A stretch of 64,000 bases of DNA. It comes from the human T2T-CHM13v2.0 reference genome, Homo sapiens. The notes beneath the pieces were generated by a model that was not told the DNA's origin, did no database searches, and saw nothing but the letters and a program-made list of their open reading frames with translations. Positions within the stretch are counted from its first letter, which is position 1. Every line of letters begins with the position of its first letter. Below, piece by piece: positions 25,237 through 39,936 of the stretch. The stretch lies in the NCBI RefSeq assembly GCF_009914755.1, contig NC_060936.1, one strand, 5' to 3'. A program made the position numbers and the translations under genes.

Positions 25237-26893
25237 CAGGTCACACTCTTAACAGCCCGAAGTGCAATGCCCCTGCTTGCATTTTATTGTCACTGAGTCA
25301 TTTAAAACCCTGGAGCACCAGACAAGTTCTTTTTTCCCTGCTAGAGCAAGATACTAGAAGGCATTCTCAATATCCATCATCTCCATTGAGAGGTGGGGTT
25401 AAGTGGCGTCAGTAGCTTTGGATGTAGGAACAGCTGGGGTAAGAAAAGTAATAATCCACATTTCAGCCTTGTCAGCAGGACTGCTTCTATCCCCAGTCTC
25501 AGTGTCCAAGGAGTAGATGGAAGGGAGAATTCCACGTTGTCACAGTTGCCTCCACGGGATTACTCCGAGGCTACCTGGGGTCTTTGCCCACCACCTCAGA
25601 GTCCCCAGACGGAGAGGCGCCTTGCCACCCTGTCATCTGGGTCCCCTGGTGAATGGAGCCTGGCGTCAGGCCTTAATGGGGTAATGAGTTGGAGGCGTCG
25701 GAAACAATGAGTTCAGCTTGTTAAAAGGACAGGGCTGGCACCATGAGGACAGAGGGACCACAGCTGGAGACAGAGAAATGGGTCTTTGGGGGCCTGGTGG
25801 TGCCTCTGTGGGCCCCAAGGGGGCTGGGTGGCTGGGCTACCACTGGCCCTGTGCCTCTTAAAACCCATTACTTGCTGCCTTTGGCTTGGGAGCTGGGAGC
25901 TGAGCGTTTCATCAGTGCAGATTGGACCCAGCGGATCAATGGCTCAGTCTATGGGCTTTTCCTCCCCCTCCCCTCTGCCTGTCCCCCTTCCTTAACTAGA
26001 TGTGGGCGCCAGACCCACAACAGGTCCTCAGGAGTTGTCAGTCAAGGGCTATGAAATATTCATCTTCTTTAATCTTCTTCAGGGACCTGCCCAGAGCCCT
26101 GATGGGGGCAGAGTAGTCTTGATAAACTTGTAAAGACTGGAGAGAGGGGAGGGGAGGGAAGGGAAAAAGAGGGGAGGGAGCTGAGGGCAGAGATACGGCA
26201 GAAGTCCACTGAAAAGCAGCCAGGGCCCCTCTTCCTGATGCTTTCTCCAAAGACACGCATTCAACCAGCATTTCTGGAGCACCCACTGAGCACCCACAGT
26301 TGCTGAACGCATTTGCATCCGTGATCTTGGTGCTCCCAAACCTTGGCTGGCGATGCATCTACCTTTCCATTTTCACAATATTCATGTATCACCTGAAATA
26401 TCAGTATTTTTTTCTTTAGCCTCACATTAAGTAATAACATCAGTGAAATCACAGTGCTGGTTATATATTTTTGAAAAAATACATTTATATATTGTAAATA
26501 ATATACAAATATGATAAACCTAGAAATGTATGTATAAAATGCATTCGGTTTTTAAAAATTGCCTAGATACAGGTTCCGTCCTGGAGCACATATCTTAATT
26601 ACTCTTCACAACATCTCCAAGAAGAAGGCATTATTGCTTCCAATTACAGAGAGGAAACTGTGGCTCAGAGAGTTGCAGTGACTTGCCAAGGTCACACAGC
26701 AAGTAAGGGACCCATCCTGAGTTCAAACCCAGGTATTTAAACTATAAACACAAAAATAGCTTTCTGAAAAAAAAATCACTAGTTTTCAGGACATTTAGGT
26801 AAAACTTATTAACTAGAACTTCTACCTTCTGCTTTGCACTTTTTAGTAAATTGCGACCCTTTGTTTTGATGTGAAATTATACAGCTTTTTAAA

Positions 26894-26894
<1 letters not shown>

Positions 26895-26934
<40 letters not shown>

Positions 26935-27195
26935 AGTGTCTGTCACCAGGCTGGAATGCAATAGCTCACTGCAACCTCGACCTCCTAGGTTCAAGGGATC
27001 CTCCCATCTCAGCCTCCTGAGTAGCTAAGACTCCAAGTGATGCCCCCATGCCCAGCTAATTTTTAACGTATTTTTCATAGAGACAGGTTCTCACCACATT
27101 ACCCAGGCTAGTCTCGAACTCCTGGGCTCAAGTGATCCTCCTGCTTCGGCCTCCCAACACGCTGGGATTACAGATATGAGCCACCACACTTGGCC
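26895..27195 (-). mobile_element. AluJ with a (TG)n microsatellite at its tail (26895-26930)
   Basis: CTCCTGGGCTCAAGTGATCCTCC AluJ signature. Confidence 0.93.
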
Positions 27196-27949
27196 TCATG
27201 CAGGTTTTGATTGGAGAAGCCCTTTCTATGTCAATATCCTGCAGAGTTTCAGGAAGTGAAAAGTCTCAATGACTATTTCTAAGCGAGTACACAAGCAGCC
27301 AAGAAACCTGGGACACTCAAATTCTTTGTTCCCCCCTACCACACCCCATCATTGGCTTGATCATCCAGTTCTGCACAGTGTAATCCCCCTAGCATTCCCT
27401 CTGCAGTTTGACCATCGCGCCTCACTCTCCACGGTCTAAGCCAAAGCTCTCTGTCTCACCTGGGCACCTGCAGCAGCCTCTTGAACCTGACCCAGCTTCC
27501 TTATCTAGACGTGAGCACCAGGCCCATCACAGGTGCAGCATTCTCTCTGTGCATTCTCCCCATGATGGCCAGAGTGACTTCTAAATGTAAGCCGAGTCAC
27601 AGCACCCTTCAACTCAAAGCATTCAAATAGGGTCCCATCCCATTTAGAATGAAATCTGAACTCCTGCCTGGGTCTAGGGCAGCAGCCCTGTCCTCCCCAC
27701 TGACATCACCTCTTGACTCCCGGCACCCCTATCCCTCATTGACCTTGCGGGAGACCCACTCTACTTCCATCAAACACTGCAGGCCCCACTCCTGCTCTGG
27801 GACCCTGCACTAACCCTTCCCTCTGTCTGGAAGGCATTTCCCCGAGACTGTCCCACCACCAGCTCGCTAGTCTTCCCTCTGAATACCCTAATCCCGAAAC
27901 TCCTCCCCAACCTGGTATCAGATAATGTACCACACCAGGCTTTATCTGA

Positions 27950-28304
<355 letters not shown>

Positions 28305-28389
28305 TGACCTTGGGCATTCTTTTTGTCCTTGGTTCTCAGTTTCCTCCCCTTTAAAAGGAGGTGATTGAACCTCCATAAGTTCAATGAAT

Positions 28390-28795
28390 TAGTCCGAATT
28401 CTCCAGGAAGCAGACTAAGACAGGATTAAACATTCAGGGGTTTTATTAGAGGAAGTGCCAATGAGAAGGAAAATAAAGAGGAAGCCTGACCAGGCTGGAA
28501 GAGTTATCAGACCTTGAGTGAAGGGGAGAGGGGAACAGAAGGTTTGGGGGGAGAGTCTTAACACAAGGACAATGATGATGGGGCATTCTCACACCCAGGT
28601 CAGCCATGCAGGGAGGCCCGGGTCTCTAGGAATCGGCAGGCCCGCCTTAGAGCCCCTACGCGTACACTCATTGGCTGGGAGCTTCCCTGGAGGCGTGGCC
28701 TTGGCTCAGCCCTGTAGCTGGGGCTAAGGTAGGTGCATCACTTATGGTCTCCAGAAGGGGGTCCACAAGGTGTGCACTGGTGGCCTCCACTGTCC
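28390..28795. mobile_element. LTR16-like solo LTR
   Basis: CCAGGAAGCAGACTAAGACAGGATT...TTTTATTAGAGG...CTCATTGGCTGGGAG. Confidence 0.55.
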
Positions 28796-29134
28796 CAGAT
28801 GGTCCCATGGAAACAGTAACCTTAAGGCGCACTACAAATTATTGCTCTGTGTCACCTTCTTCCTCTGTAAAACAAGGATAACAATGCTAAATGGCCTGCC
28901 TCCCATACCCGTGAGGCTTGAATCCAGGTACTGCATTATAAAGACAAGGTGTTACGCTTGCCAGGACGTGAGCCCCCTTGGTGCAGGGATAGTTTTTTAG
29001 TCTTTGCCTCTCCACAAGAGCAGGACGAATTGCAGGCTACTGAGAGATAGGACAGCACGTTGTTCTCCATAGCGGGACAAATGCAGGCTACTCAGAGAGG
29101 AAGGAGAGCATGGTGGTTAAGAATCCAACCTGCC

Positions 29135-29790
29135 GTGTGCATTGCTGCTGGGAATGTAAAAAGGTGCAGCCGCTGAGGAAACCAGTGTGGAGGTTCCTCA
29201 AAAACTTAAACATGGAATTATCACTTGACCCAATAATTACTTTTAGCTAAACACCCCAAAGAAGAGAATGTAGGGATTCGAACAGATACTTGTACAGAAA
29301 TGTTTGTAGCGGCATGATTCACAATAGCCAAAAGGTGGAAACAGCCCATATGTTCATCAACCGATGCATGGATGAACAAAACGTGGTCTATACACACAAT
29401 GGAATATTATGCAGCCTTGAAAAGGAAAGAAATTCTGATATATGTTATAACACGGATAAACCTTGAGGAGGTAATGCTAAGTGAAATAAGCCAGGCACAC
29501 AATGATGAAGACTGTATGATTCCACTTATAAGAGGTCCCTTATAAATTCAGAGAGACAGAAAGTAGAATGGTCGTTACCAGGGAATAGGGGCGAGGGGAA
29601 TGGGAAGTGCGTGTTTAATGGATACAGAGTTTCAATTTGGGGTGATGAAAAAGTTCTGGAGATGGATAGCGGCACCTGGAGGGGCACAGCAATGTGAATG
29701 CACTTCATGTCACTGAACTGTACACTTAAGATATTTAAAATAGAAAATCTTACGTTATGTCAGTTTTACCACAATTTAAAAAAAAAATAC
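29135..29790 (+). mobile_element. L1MB-type 3' fragment
   Basis: TTCACAATAGCCAAAAGGTGGAAACAGCCC...GGGTGATGAAAAAGTTCTGGAGATGG...TTTTACCACAAT followed by an A tail. Confidence 0.92.
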
Positions 29791-30258
29791 AGAATGAGGC
29801 CCTCAGAGTCAGCCCACCTAACTCAAATCTCAACCTTACCCTTTCACACAGGAGTCAACCAAGGCAGGTGGCTGCTCCTCACCGTGCCTCCATTTCCCCA
29901 TCTGTAAAAGGCGGGGAGTGATATCCTGGGTCATAAATGAGATGATGTCTACGGAATGCTTAGCGGACCATTCCAGGTGTCAGTGTGCAATCAATAAATG
30001 TGTTCCATGATGCTAATCAGGAGTGGGGAGGACCACATGGGTGGTCCCAGGTGTTCAGGTGGCCTTGCATTGTAGTGGACTGCAAATGCTCTCTAACCCT
30101 TCCAACCACAGTGATTGACATTCTTCCCCACAACTACACAGACAGCTCCTGGTAAGTGGAAATTTTCCAACTGTTGGAGAGTCCCTTCCCCAGAACTCCA
30201 AGAAAATAAGGTCTGGCCTGGCCACACGTGGCATGTCTGCCCCCGGGGCTGGGCTGAG

Positions 30259-30273
30259 AGGTCAGCCTGACCT
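30259..30273. promoter_or_regulatory. Perfect consensus oestrogen-response element (IR3) motif
   Basis: AGGTCA-GCC-TGACCT in apparently unique sequence. Motif match only. Confidence 0.55.
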
Positions 30274-30893
30274 CATGTGATTGCTCCCTGCCACTTCCTC
30301 CCCGCCTGCCAGCCCCCCACCCACTAACCCTTTACAGATCTCTGGAATAAGTGAGGCTCTGTTAGGCCAAGACCTCCAGGTGCCGCCACCCCAACTGCTG
30401 AGTCTGCCAGCCCTCCAGGCAGGTGGGCCTGAGTGCTGGTAAGCGCCAGCACTTCCTCCAGCCTTGATGGGGTCAGGGATGGCAGCTAATTGGAGGATGC
30501 TGAGCTGATGCCTGTCTCCGGCTTCCTGCCACCTTGCCTGGGGAGGTCATTCACTGTGGGCAATATCCCTCCACCACCTACCCCCAGCAGCTGCAATGCA
30601 GACAGGAGTTTATTACTCAATGCAAGTGCTGCAAGTGCTCCCCCAGCACATGGCGTCCTGTCCCATCCTTGCCATTGCACTCTAGCTCCTTAATGATCTC
30701 CAAATCTCTCATGCTAAACCTGTAATAATAGACTCCAACTTTTCAGTACCTAGTCTGTGCCAATTACTTTAAATACTAGCTGCTATAACAAGCAATCCCC
30801 CAACTCAGTAGCTTATCTATGGGGCAGCAAGGATGTGCTCTACTTCCTCAGGGACCCAGGCTCCTTCTCACTCGAGTCTTTGCCATCCTCCAG

Positions 30894-31086
30894 GGCAGCA
30901 GTTCTCAGACTTGGGCATGCATCGAAAACCCCCGGAGGGCTGGTTAAAGCACAGATTGCAGGGCCCCACTCACCCCTAGAGTTTCTGATTCAGTAGTTCT
31001 TGGGCTGGAACATAGAATTTGCATTTCTGACATGTACCTGGGAGATGCTGCTGATCCAGGGGGCCACATTTTGAGAATCAGGGCTC
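30894..31086. mobile_element. MER5A-like MITE
   Basis: GTTAAAGCACAGATTGCAGGGCCCCAC...AGAGTTTCTGATTCAGTAG...TTTGAGAATCA. Confidence 0.85.
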
Positions 31087-32813
31087 TAGGTCATTATATC
31101 CCTGGATATTTGCATCTAGCTGATAGGGGAGGGAAGCAAGGGCATGGAGAATTATGTAGGAGTTTGTTAAGAGGCAGGCCCACCTTCCATTGGCCGGAAC
31201 TCCATCACACGACCCTCACTTAACTGCAAGGGAGGCTGGGAAATGTAGTCTATATGTGTACCTGGGAAAAGAGGAGAACCAAGGCTACTGTGAGCCCTAT
31301 GGCACCCACTGCCATGAACACTTTCAAATAATCCTCGTGACACCTAATAAGAGAAGCAGCATTTTTACCCACACTTGACATAAGGGAAAACAAGGTCAGA
31401 GAGATTATGTTGCCTGCCCAAGACCACAGGGCTAGTGGAAGGCAGAGCTGGAGTTCGAACCCAGGTCTACCTGATTCTAAGACTTAAACAGGAAGCACAC
31501 AAGTCTGGGCACAAGTCTTTACTATGTGCCATGATGATGCTTGGTCCACACTTTTGCATCTCTTTTCAGTGCTCACATAAACCCCATGAGCTCAGCAGTG
31601 TGTCCACACTTTACAGATGTGCAAACCGAGACTCCAAGAGAGGAAATGGCTGTGTGTGGTCACAAAGCTGGCCGGTATGAGGCAGACCCAGATCACACCG
31701 TTATGCAGCACGGCAAGCAGCAGGTAGGGCCTGGCCTGCAGGGTGAGTGGGCTGCCAGGATGAAAGATTTGAGAGGCTCCAGGACTTGATATCCAGGAGG
31801 TGGCAGATGATGGAGGAACTAACCCCAGGGAATACGGAAAGTCACTCCCCGTCTGGGCGTGTTCGCTGGAGGGAGGGGGCCTTAAGTAGGAACCAGAGTG
31901 AGGGTGTCTATGATCCCAAGGAGGCCAGGCTGGGGCTCATGGGGAAGCAGAAAAGGAAGCCTGGAGAGAAGATGAGTCCTGACCGTGGTTATGAGGAATG
32001 TGGCTGGTTTTAGCAGATTCAGTAAAAGTAGAAATTTGCAAAGTATGTGTGATGATTGCCATGATGCAGATGGGGAAACCAAGGCTTAGCAAAGCAAGTT
32101 TTTGGCCAAGGTTGCACAATCGTGAGCTGCAGCATCTGCCTGCAGCCCCAGCTCTCAGTTCAGCAGCTTCATCCTTGCTGACTGGGCAACTGTTTCCCAC
32201 CGTTCCTTCACAGCAGGCTTGCCAAGTTGGCACCTGACAGTCAACAGCAGCATTCAGCCAGTCAGACAGAGAGACAGGCCTGAGCTCACATCTGGCTCTG
32301 CTACCTCCTCGCCCTGCAGATATTGACATGTGACTTAAATCTGAGTCTCAGTTGCCTCATCTGTAAAATGGGGTTTAATACTAGTGCCCACTTCAGAAGA
32401 AAAATAAAATAAGTAACTTAATGAGCTCATGGCCTTCAGCAGTTCTTTCAACTGTCATTTGTTGAGTCCCTACTATGCGCCAGCACTATTCTAGGTTTGG
32501 AACTAAGCTAAGTCCCCACCCTCTTGGAGCTTACAGAAACAGACATCAAACAAAATAAGTAAGTCAATATCTAGGATGTTCATTGAGGCATGGTGGGGCG
32601 CCAAAACAAAATAGGGTTAAGGGGGTCCTGACTTTGATGGAGTTTGGGTGTTTGTTACAGGTGGTCAGGGCAGGATGAGGAAGGGATACAGAGGCTGAAG
32701 ACGGACGAGAGACAGTGAGAAAGCAATGGCATTTCTGAGTGGCAGCAACAGCTCTCTAGAGGGGATTGGGCAGGAATTCAAAGTAAGAGAATCAGCACAG
32801 TAGAGGGCTGTGG

Positions 32814-33168
32814 TGTCACTCAGGGTTCTCCAGAGAAACAGAATCAAGAGGAGATTTATTTTAAGGATTTGATTCACCAATTGTGGCGGCTGGCAAAGTC
32901 CAAAGTCCACAGGGCAGGCTGGGACTCAGGCAGGAGCTGATGCCCCGGTCTTGAAGCAGAATTTCTTCTTCTATTCCAGAAACCTGTTCTCGCTCTTATA
33001 GCCTTCAACTGATTGGATGAGGTCCACCCAGATTACTGAGGAGTCTCCTTTACTTCAAGTCAGCTGATTGTCAATGCTCACCAAATATCATAGCAACAAC
33101 TACATACATGTGCTGTTGAATATCTGGGTGCTATAGCCTAGCAGGTCGGTGCAGCGAACTCACCATCA
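32814..33168 (-). mobile_element. MLT2-family (ERVL) LTR
   Basis: CAGGGTTCTCCAGAGAAACAGAA...CCTTCAACTGATTGGATGAGGTCCACCCA. Confidence 0.8.
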
Positions 33169-33685
33169 TGGTGGTCCCCCAGCAATTTGCAGCCCCAGAA
33201 AAGGACAGAGGAGTGAGGAAGGTCAGATGGGTTAGGTTTTCTCCAGGCACTCTAAGGGAGGAAGGGAGGGCAAGCACAGCAAAAGTATAAGCAAGGAGAC
33301 TCCAACTTCTGGGTCTTAGAAATGGTGGGTTGAGGTGGAAAGAGAAGAAGTGAAAGATAGGAAGAAACCAAGACACTAGAATCCCCTGTGAGGTCAGGAA
33401 TTGTGGGAGGTGGCATTTCAGAGAGGGTGTGCTGGAAAGATGGTGGTCATCAGACTTCAGGATTAACAGGGTTGCAGTTTTGGTGGCAACAGGATTTGGG
33501 CATAAGAGAGGTAGAGACCCTGGCCTCTGAGAAATCACAGTAAGCACTTTGTGCAGCTCGCATTGCTGTGTGACCTCAGACAAGCTGCTTTTCCTCTCTG
33601 GGCCTCAGTTTCTCCATTCTGTGAATGGGAGGATGGCCAAGCCACTACACAGTCTGGCATGGCATCAGACAAAAAACACGTCATC

Positions 33686-34353
<668 letters not shown>

Positions 34354-34355
34354 AC

Positions 34356-34690
34356 AGGGGTTTGTAAACTGCAGCCCTTGGGCCAAATTTGACACGCTGC
34401 CTATTTTTATATAACCTATGAGCTACAAATAGTTTGAATATTTTAAAGGCTTGAGAAACAAATCAAAAAAGAAAACTATTTTATGGCATGTGAAAATGAT
34501 ATGAAATTTAAAATTCAGTGTCCACAAATAAAGTTTTATTGGAACACAGCCTGGCCCATTCAATGCACGTTGTCTGTGGCTGCTTTCGTATTGAATCAGC
34601 AGAGTTGAGAAGTTGGGACAGTGTGGCCAGCAAAGCTGAAAATATTGACTCTCTGGACCTTTAGAGGAAAAAGTTTGCTGACTTCTGTTC
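34356..34690 (+). mobile_element. MER58B-like MITE
   Basis: CAGGGGTTTGTAAACT...AAATTCAGTGTCCACAAATAAAGTTTTATTGGAACACAGC. Confidence 0.85.
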
Positions 34691-35139
34691 AAAGCGTTAT
34701 TTACCCACCTATACTGTGCTTCCGGCCCTGGTGTAGAACATACACAATGCAGATTCCTTAGCTCCAGCCTCCAGGTGTGGGTTTGGTTCAATGAATCTGC
34801 ATTTTGTTAAGTAGCTGAGAGCATTGTTCAGATCCCTACTCTGCTCCAAGCCAGGTGCTAAGCCTTTATGAGCATCACTTCATGTAATCCTGGTGAGTCA
34901 GACACTGGAAAATCCCCATTGTACAGAGGAGGAAACTGAGGCTCAAAGAGGTGAGAGGCTTGACCTCACACCCAACGCAGGAGGTGCGTGGTGATCCCCT
35001 CTGCTGTTGTGCAGAGGAATGTGCCCACCCATCTCCTCTGACGCCTGGGCCTTTGTGCTGGGCCGGAATGTCTTCCTGCCTTTCTCTAGTTGTGTTTTCC
35101 CCGGATCCTGTGGGCTGAGCTTTATCCCAGGGGGCTGCC

Positions 35140-35430
35140 TCCAGAAGGGCTGTGTGTGGCGTCCCGGCGAGGGGGAGGAGGGGGCAGAGCCGCGGGCTCC
35201 AGGCCAAGCTGTGATTTAATAAGCAGACACTTAGGGCCCTGATGCTGGGCCCAGCCCGTTTGGGACAGCCCTCTCCGCTAATTGTCCATTGGCTGCCGCC
35301 GTCCTGCCGGCATCTCCCGGCTCATTAGGAAAGGGAAGGGGGGTAATCTGGGAAGAGCCTCCTTGAGCTCCAACGGCTGCAGAGATTTTTATCACACTAG
35401 ACAGCACAGTTGCGTTCATTCCTCCCAAGG
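35140..35430. promoter_or_regulatory. CpG-containing repeat-free segment; candidate enhancer
   Basis: CpGs plus TGATTTAAT, CTAATTG, CATTGGC, CATTAG, TAATCT and TTTTATCA motifs. Confidence 0.45.
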
Positions 35431-36329
35431 AGGATCAAAACAAGGCTGGTCCAGTCCTGGGAGTCACACTCCAGCTGTGGCTTAGAAAGGACACAGGATT
35501 TGAGTTCAAATCCCACCTGTCACTGTTGAGCTGTGTGATTTGAGCAATTGACCAAACTTCTCTGTGTCTTAGTTTCCTCATCTCTAAAATGCAAATAATA
35601 ATATGCAAATAAAAACCTCATCTCTACAATGCAAATAATATAAAAGGCAAATAGCCCTAACAGGGTTGCTGTAGGGGTTAAGTTACTACAGTCAGTGCCA
35701 TATGCATTTGCTTCTCCTATTGCTTCAAAGTGTCATCAGACTGAGAAAAAAGGCAGAACATGGAAAAGGGCTTGACCTGTGTCAAGGAGCTCAATAAAGG
35801 GGGTTAGTTTGAGTTATTGCCATTTCTTTGGGGGTTGTTAGAAGATGTAGGAGAGCCTAGCTGGCTGCTCCCCAAAAACCTACTTAGCTTCCTTCCCCTT
35901 GGCACCCAACAAGATCACATTTCCCAGCCTCCTTTGAAGTTAGGGGAGACCATGAGTGTGAATTCTGGGCAATGAACTTGGGCAGCCTTGAGGTGTGCCA
36001 CTTCCAAGCCCAGCTGCCCTAACAACAGCGTCTTTCTCAGGAGCTCCATGCTCTTTTCACAATCCCCATTTGCCATCTGGATTGAGAAGATGCTAAAGAA
36101 TAAAAGGAAGCAGAGCCCAGTATGGAAGGCACCTGGGACCCTGAAAGACTGCATGGAGCAGGGTCTTCCCCACCCCTGCTCTGCCACCAAGCAAGCAACA
36201 AACTTGTTTTGAGTTAAGCCATGGACATTTTGAAGATTTTTGTTGTGGTGGTGGTTTTAGCAACTAGTCTATCCTGAGTAATAGAGAGGACAAAATTGTC
36301 CCAGACTGAGAAGAAGAACAAATCGTTAG

Positions 36330-36670
36330 TTTCTGTAGACAGCCATTGTCATATTCTAGGAAACCAGAAACCATGTCAGAAGACACTCAAACAGCCCTGT
36401 GGAGAGGCCCATGTAGTGAGCAACTGAGGTCTCCTGCCAACAGCCATGGGAGTAAGCTTGGAAACAGATGCTTCAGCCTCAGTCAAGCCTTCAGATGAGA
36501 TCACAGTCCTGGCCAACATCTTGACTGCAACTTCATGAGAGAACCTGCCAGATCCACCCAACTACTCCTTATCTGAAACCCTACCCCACTGTAAAATAGT
36601 AGGTATTTGTTGCTTTAAGTCACTAAGTTTTGGGATGACATGTTATGCAAAAGTAGATAACCGATACACT
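36330..36670 (+). mobile_element. MLT1-family LTR
   Basis: GCCCTGTGGAGAGGCCCATG...CCTCAGTCAAGCCTTCAGATGA...CACTAAGTTTTGGG. Confidence 0.8.
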
Positions 36671-37885
36671 GCATTGTGGAGCAGGTTCCCACAGTGGCCA
36701 ACTGGAAACTGAATCCTATGGAGAACTCTGAAAGGCTGCATAGAACATGCTTTAAAGTTATGTTCCCTGAGTGGGGAAGAAGACAAGTATTTATTCTCTA
36801 ACACCCATCCACTGTTGATAAAGGACTGCTCCTGGGGTGTTGATTCCCCAGCATTTCTACCCTGCCCTTCACTGAGTCCAAGAGAAAGCCCTCAGATGGA
36901 GAGTCTCAGGTGTTTGCATTGGCACCATAGGCATGTACTTGACAAGTGCAAAGAGAATATTGGTGAGGTATAGCAAGATCTGATACAGTATCATGTGTCC
37001 CAGATTTTCCAGATGAAATCAAATTCCCAAATTTCTTCTTTTTCCATAAAGGTGAGGCACTAAAGCTGTATAAGTAAAGAGGCTTCTTTTATGTACCTTT
37101 TGAAGATGTTTCATTAAAAATAAACCAGCAAATGAGAAGAATCCAGGGCTGGGAAGAGTGGAAGGTTTTTTGTTTGCTAATTCTCTTAATAAACTTACTA
37201 AGTAGTGCCATAAAAGCAGAATACAAAATAGCACCTTATACTGACATTGAATGTGCCACAGTACAATTAAAAAATGGGGCCTTGCAAAATGGCATTTTTA
37301 TATTGCCTCATAAAATATCTAATATCGAACTTTGTAAATTACATCAATGCCTTTGAACAAACATTGAGTTCTTTTTAATAAATAAAACGTTCAAAATTAT
37401 TTCCTGGAAGTGCATTTTAGACATTAATAACTGGCTTCAAATGAAATTCTGTTTCACAGCGATAAGCAAATTTAATTGCTGCAAACTAAAACAGTCTGTA
37501 AGGCTTACCTGCTCCAGAAAGGAAACAAAATATTGAGCTAATGTAACCATCAAGATATATAACCTGCTACTCTTTGAATAAACCAAATTCCATCCCTAAA
37601 CACAGAGAGCTCAGAAATTCAGACCCAAGGACATAAATATAAGGTATTTCCTGGAATTAGTTTCATATGTTTTATATATTGCAGTTATCAATTGATCTGA
37701 CACAATATCTGAGCCAGTTTAAAAATTACATATTGTGCATCAGAAAAATATACATTTTCATGACATCTGGTACCCTGTGTTATAAAAGTATATACTCATT
37801 TATTTTAACTAAAAAAAGCACTATTTCCACATCATTAAAAATAATAGTAAGTTCAGTAGTATAAATCTCCATTCCATTTCTTACA

Positions 37886-38222
37886 CCAGAGGTCAGTAAA
37901 CTCCAGCCTGAGAGGCCAAGTCCAGTCCACCACTTACTTTCATATGTCCACAATCTAAGATTGGTTTTACATTGTTAAATGGTGGGAGGAGTTCAAAAGA
38001 AGAAGAGTATTTGGTGATATGTAAAAATTATAGGAAATTCAAATTTGGGTGTCCATAGATAAAATTTGATTGGCACTCAGCCATGTCCATTTACTTACGT
38101 ATCATCTATGGCTGCCTTCACACTACAATCACAAAGCTAAGTAGTTGTGACAAAGATCTTATGACCTGCAAAGCCTAAAATATTTACTATCTGGTCCTTC
38201 ACAGAAAAAGTTTGTTGACCTT
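37886..38222 (+). mobile_element. MER58B-like MITE
   Basis: CCAGAGGTCAGTAAACT...AAAGCCTAAAATATTTACTATCTGG...AAAGTTTGTTGACC. Confidence 0.85.
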
Positions 38223-38794
38223 TACTCCACACCACCCCTATCTCCTCTCTAAGGAGTTAGGAACTCTCTAAGGGAAGCTGTTAGGAACTCAAAATACTTA
38301 AAAGGGTAAACAGCAGTATTGGTTTTAGCCACCATTCACTACCTCAGGGTCTCCTTGAAGCCTGCAGTGGCCTAAGGAAGAAGATAGGAATGGCCATGGG
38401 ATAAACTATATCCATGGAAACCCCCAACCTGAGTTATTTACAATCAGACAAGCATAATGTGTCTTTTCTTTCTCCCCAGAGTTGATGTGTCTGACTGAGC
38501 AAACTACATAAATTACTTTGACTATCAACTTCATTTAAGCCTCTGGAGATACAGATATCAACAAGCAGGAAGAATAAACATGGCATTAATAGGTAGGGTG
38601 GGAAGCTTGTACAATGCAAATCCTTTGGCCTTCACTGTTTATTACAATCAGATTTCTAAGCTTGATAGAGCTAGTTTGGCCCTAATTCACCTGAGATCAC
38701 TTTTTGAAATGATGCTATTCAACTTTCTTTCAAAAAACTTTATTTTTTAAGTTAGAAAACCTCTTAGAGTTTATTATTGAAAATGTACAAGACA

Positions 38795-39553
<759 letters not shown>

Positions 39554-39895
39554 TATCTTTTCATGCATTCATGTGCTTTCTAACCTGACATGGACACTCT
39601 ATGTCAATTAGCACTACAGCATTTCACAAATGCCTGCATATAGAACCCTTTAATTTAATTATTCCACTATTCAGACATTTTAGTTGTTTTCATTTTTTAA
39701 TCATAAATAATGCATGAATGAACATCTTTAGAGCTAAATTGGCTCTTAGACACATCCATGAAGATTTTCTTAGAAAACATTTGGGAAAGTAATATTGCTG
39801 TCTCTAAGTGGACACATACTGTAAAGACTTTTTATATATGTTATAAACCTTCTTTTGGGTAAGGTTCTTTCTTCCAATATTACATGATGGTGGGT

Positions 39896-39934
<39 letters not shown>

Positions 39935-39936
<2 letters not shown>

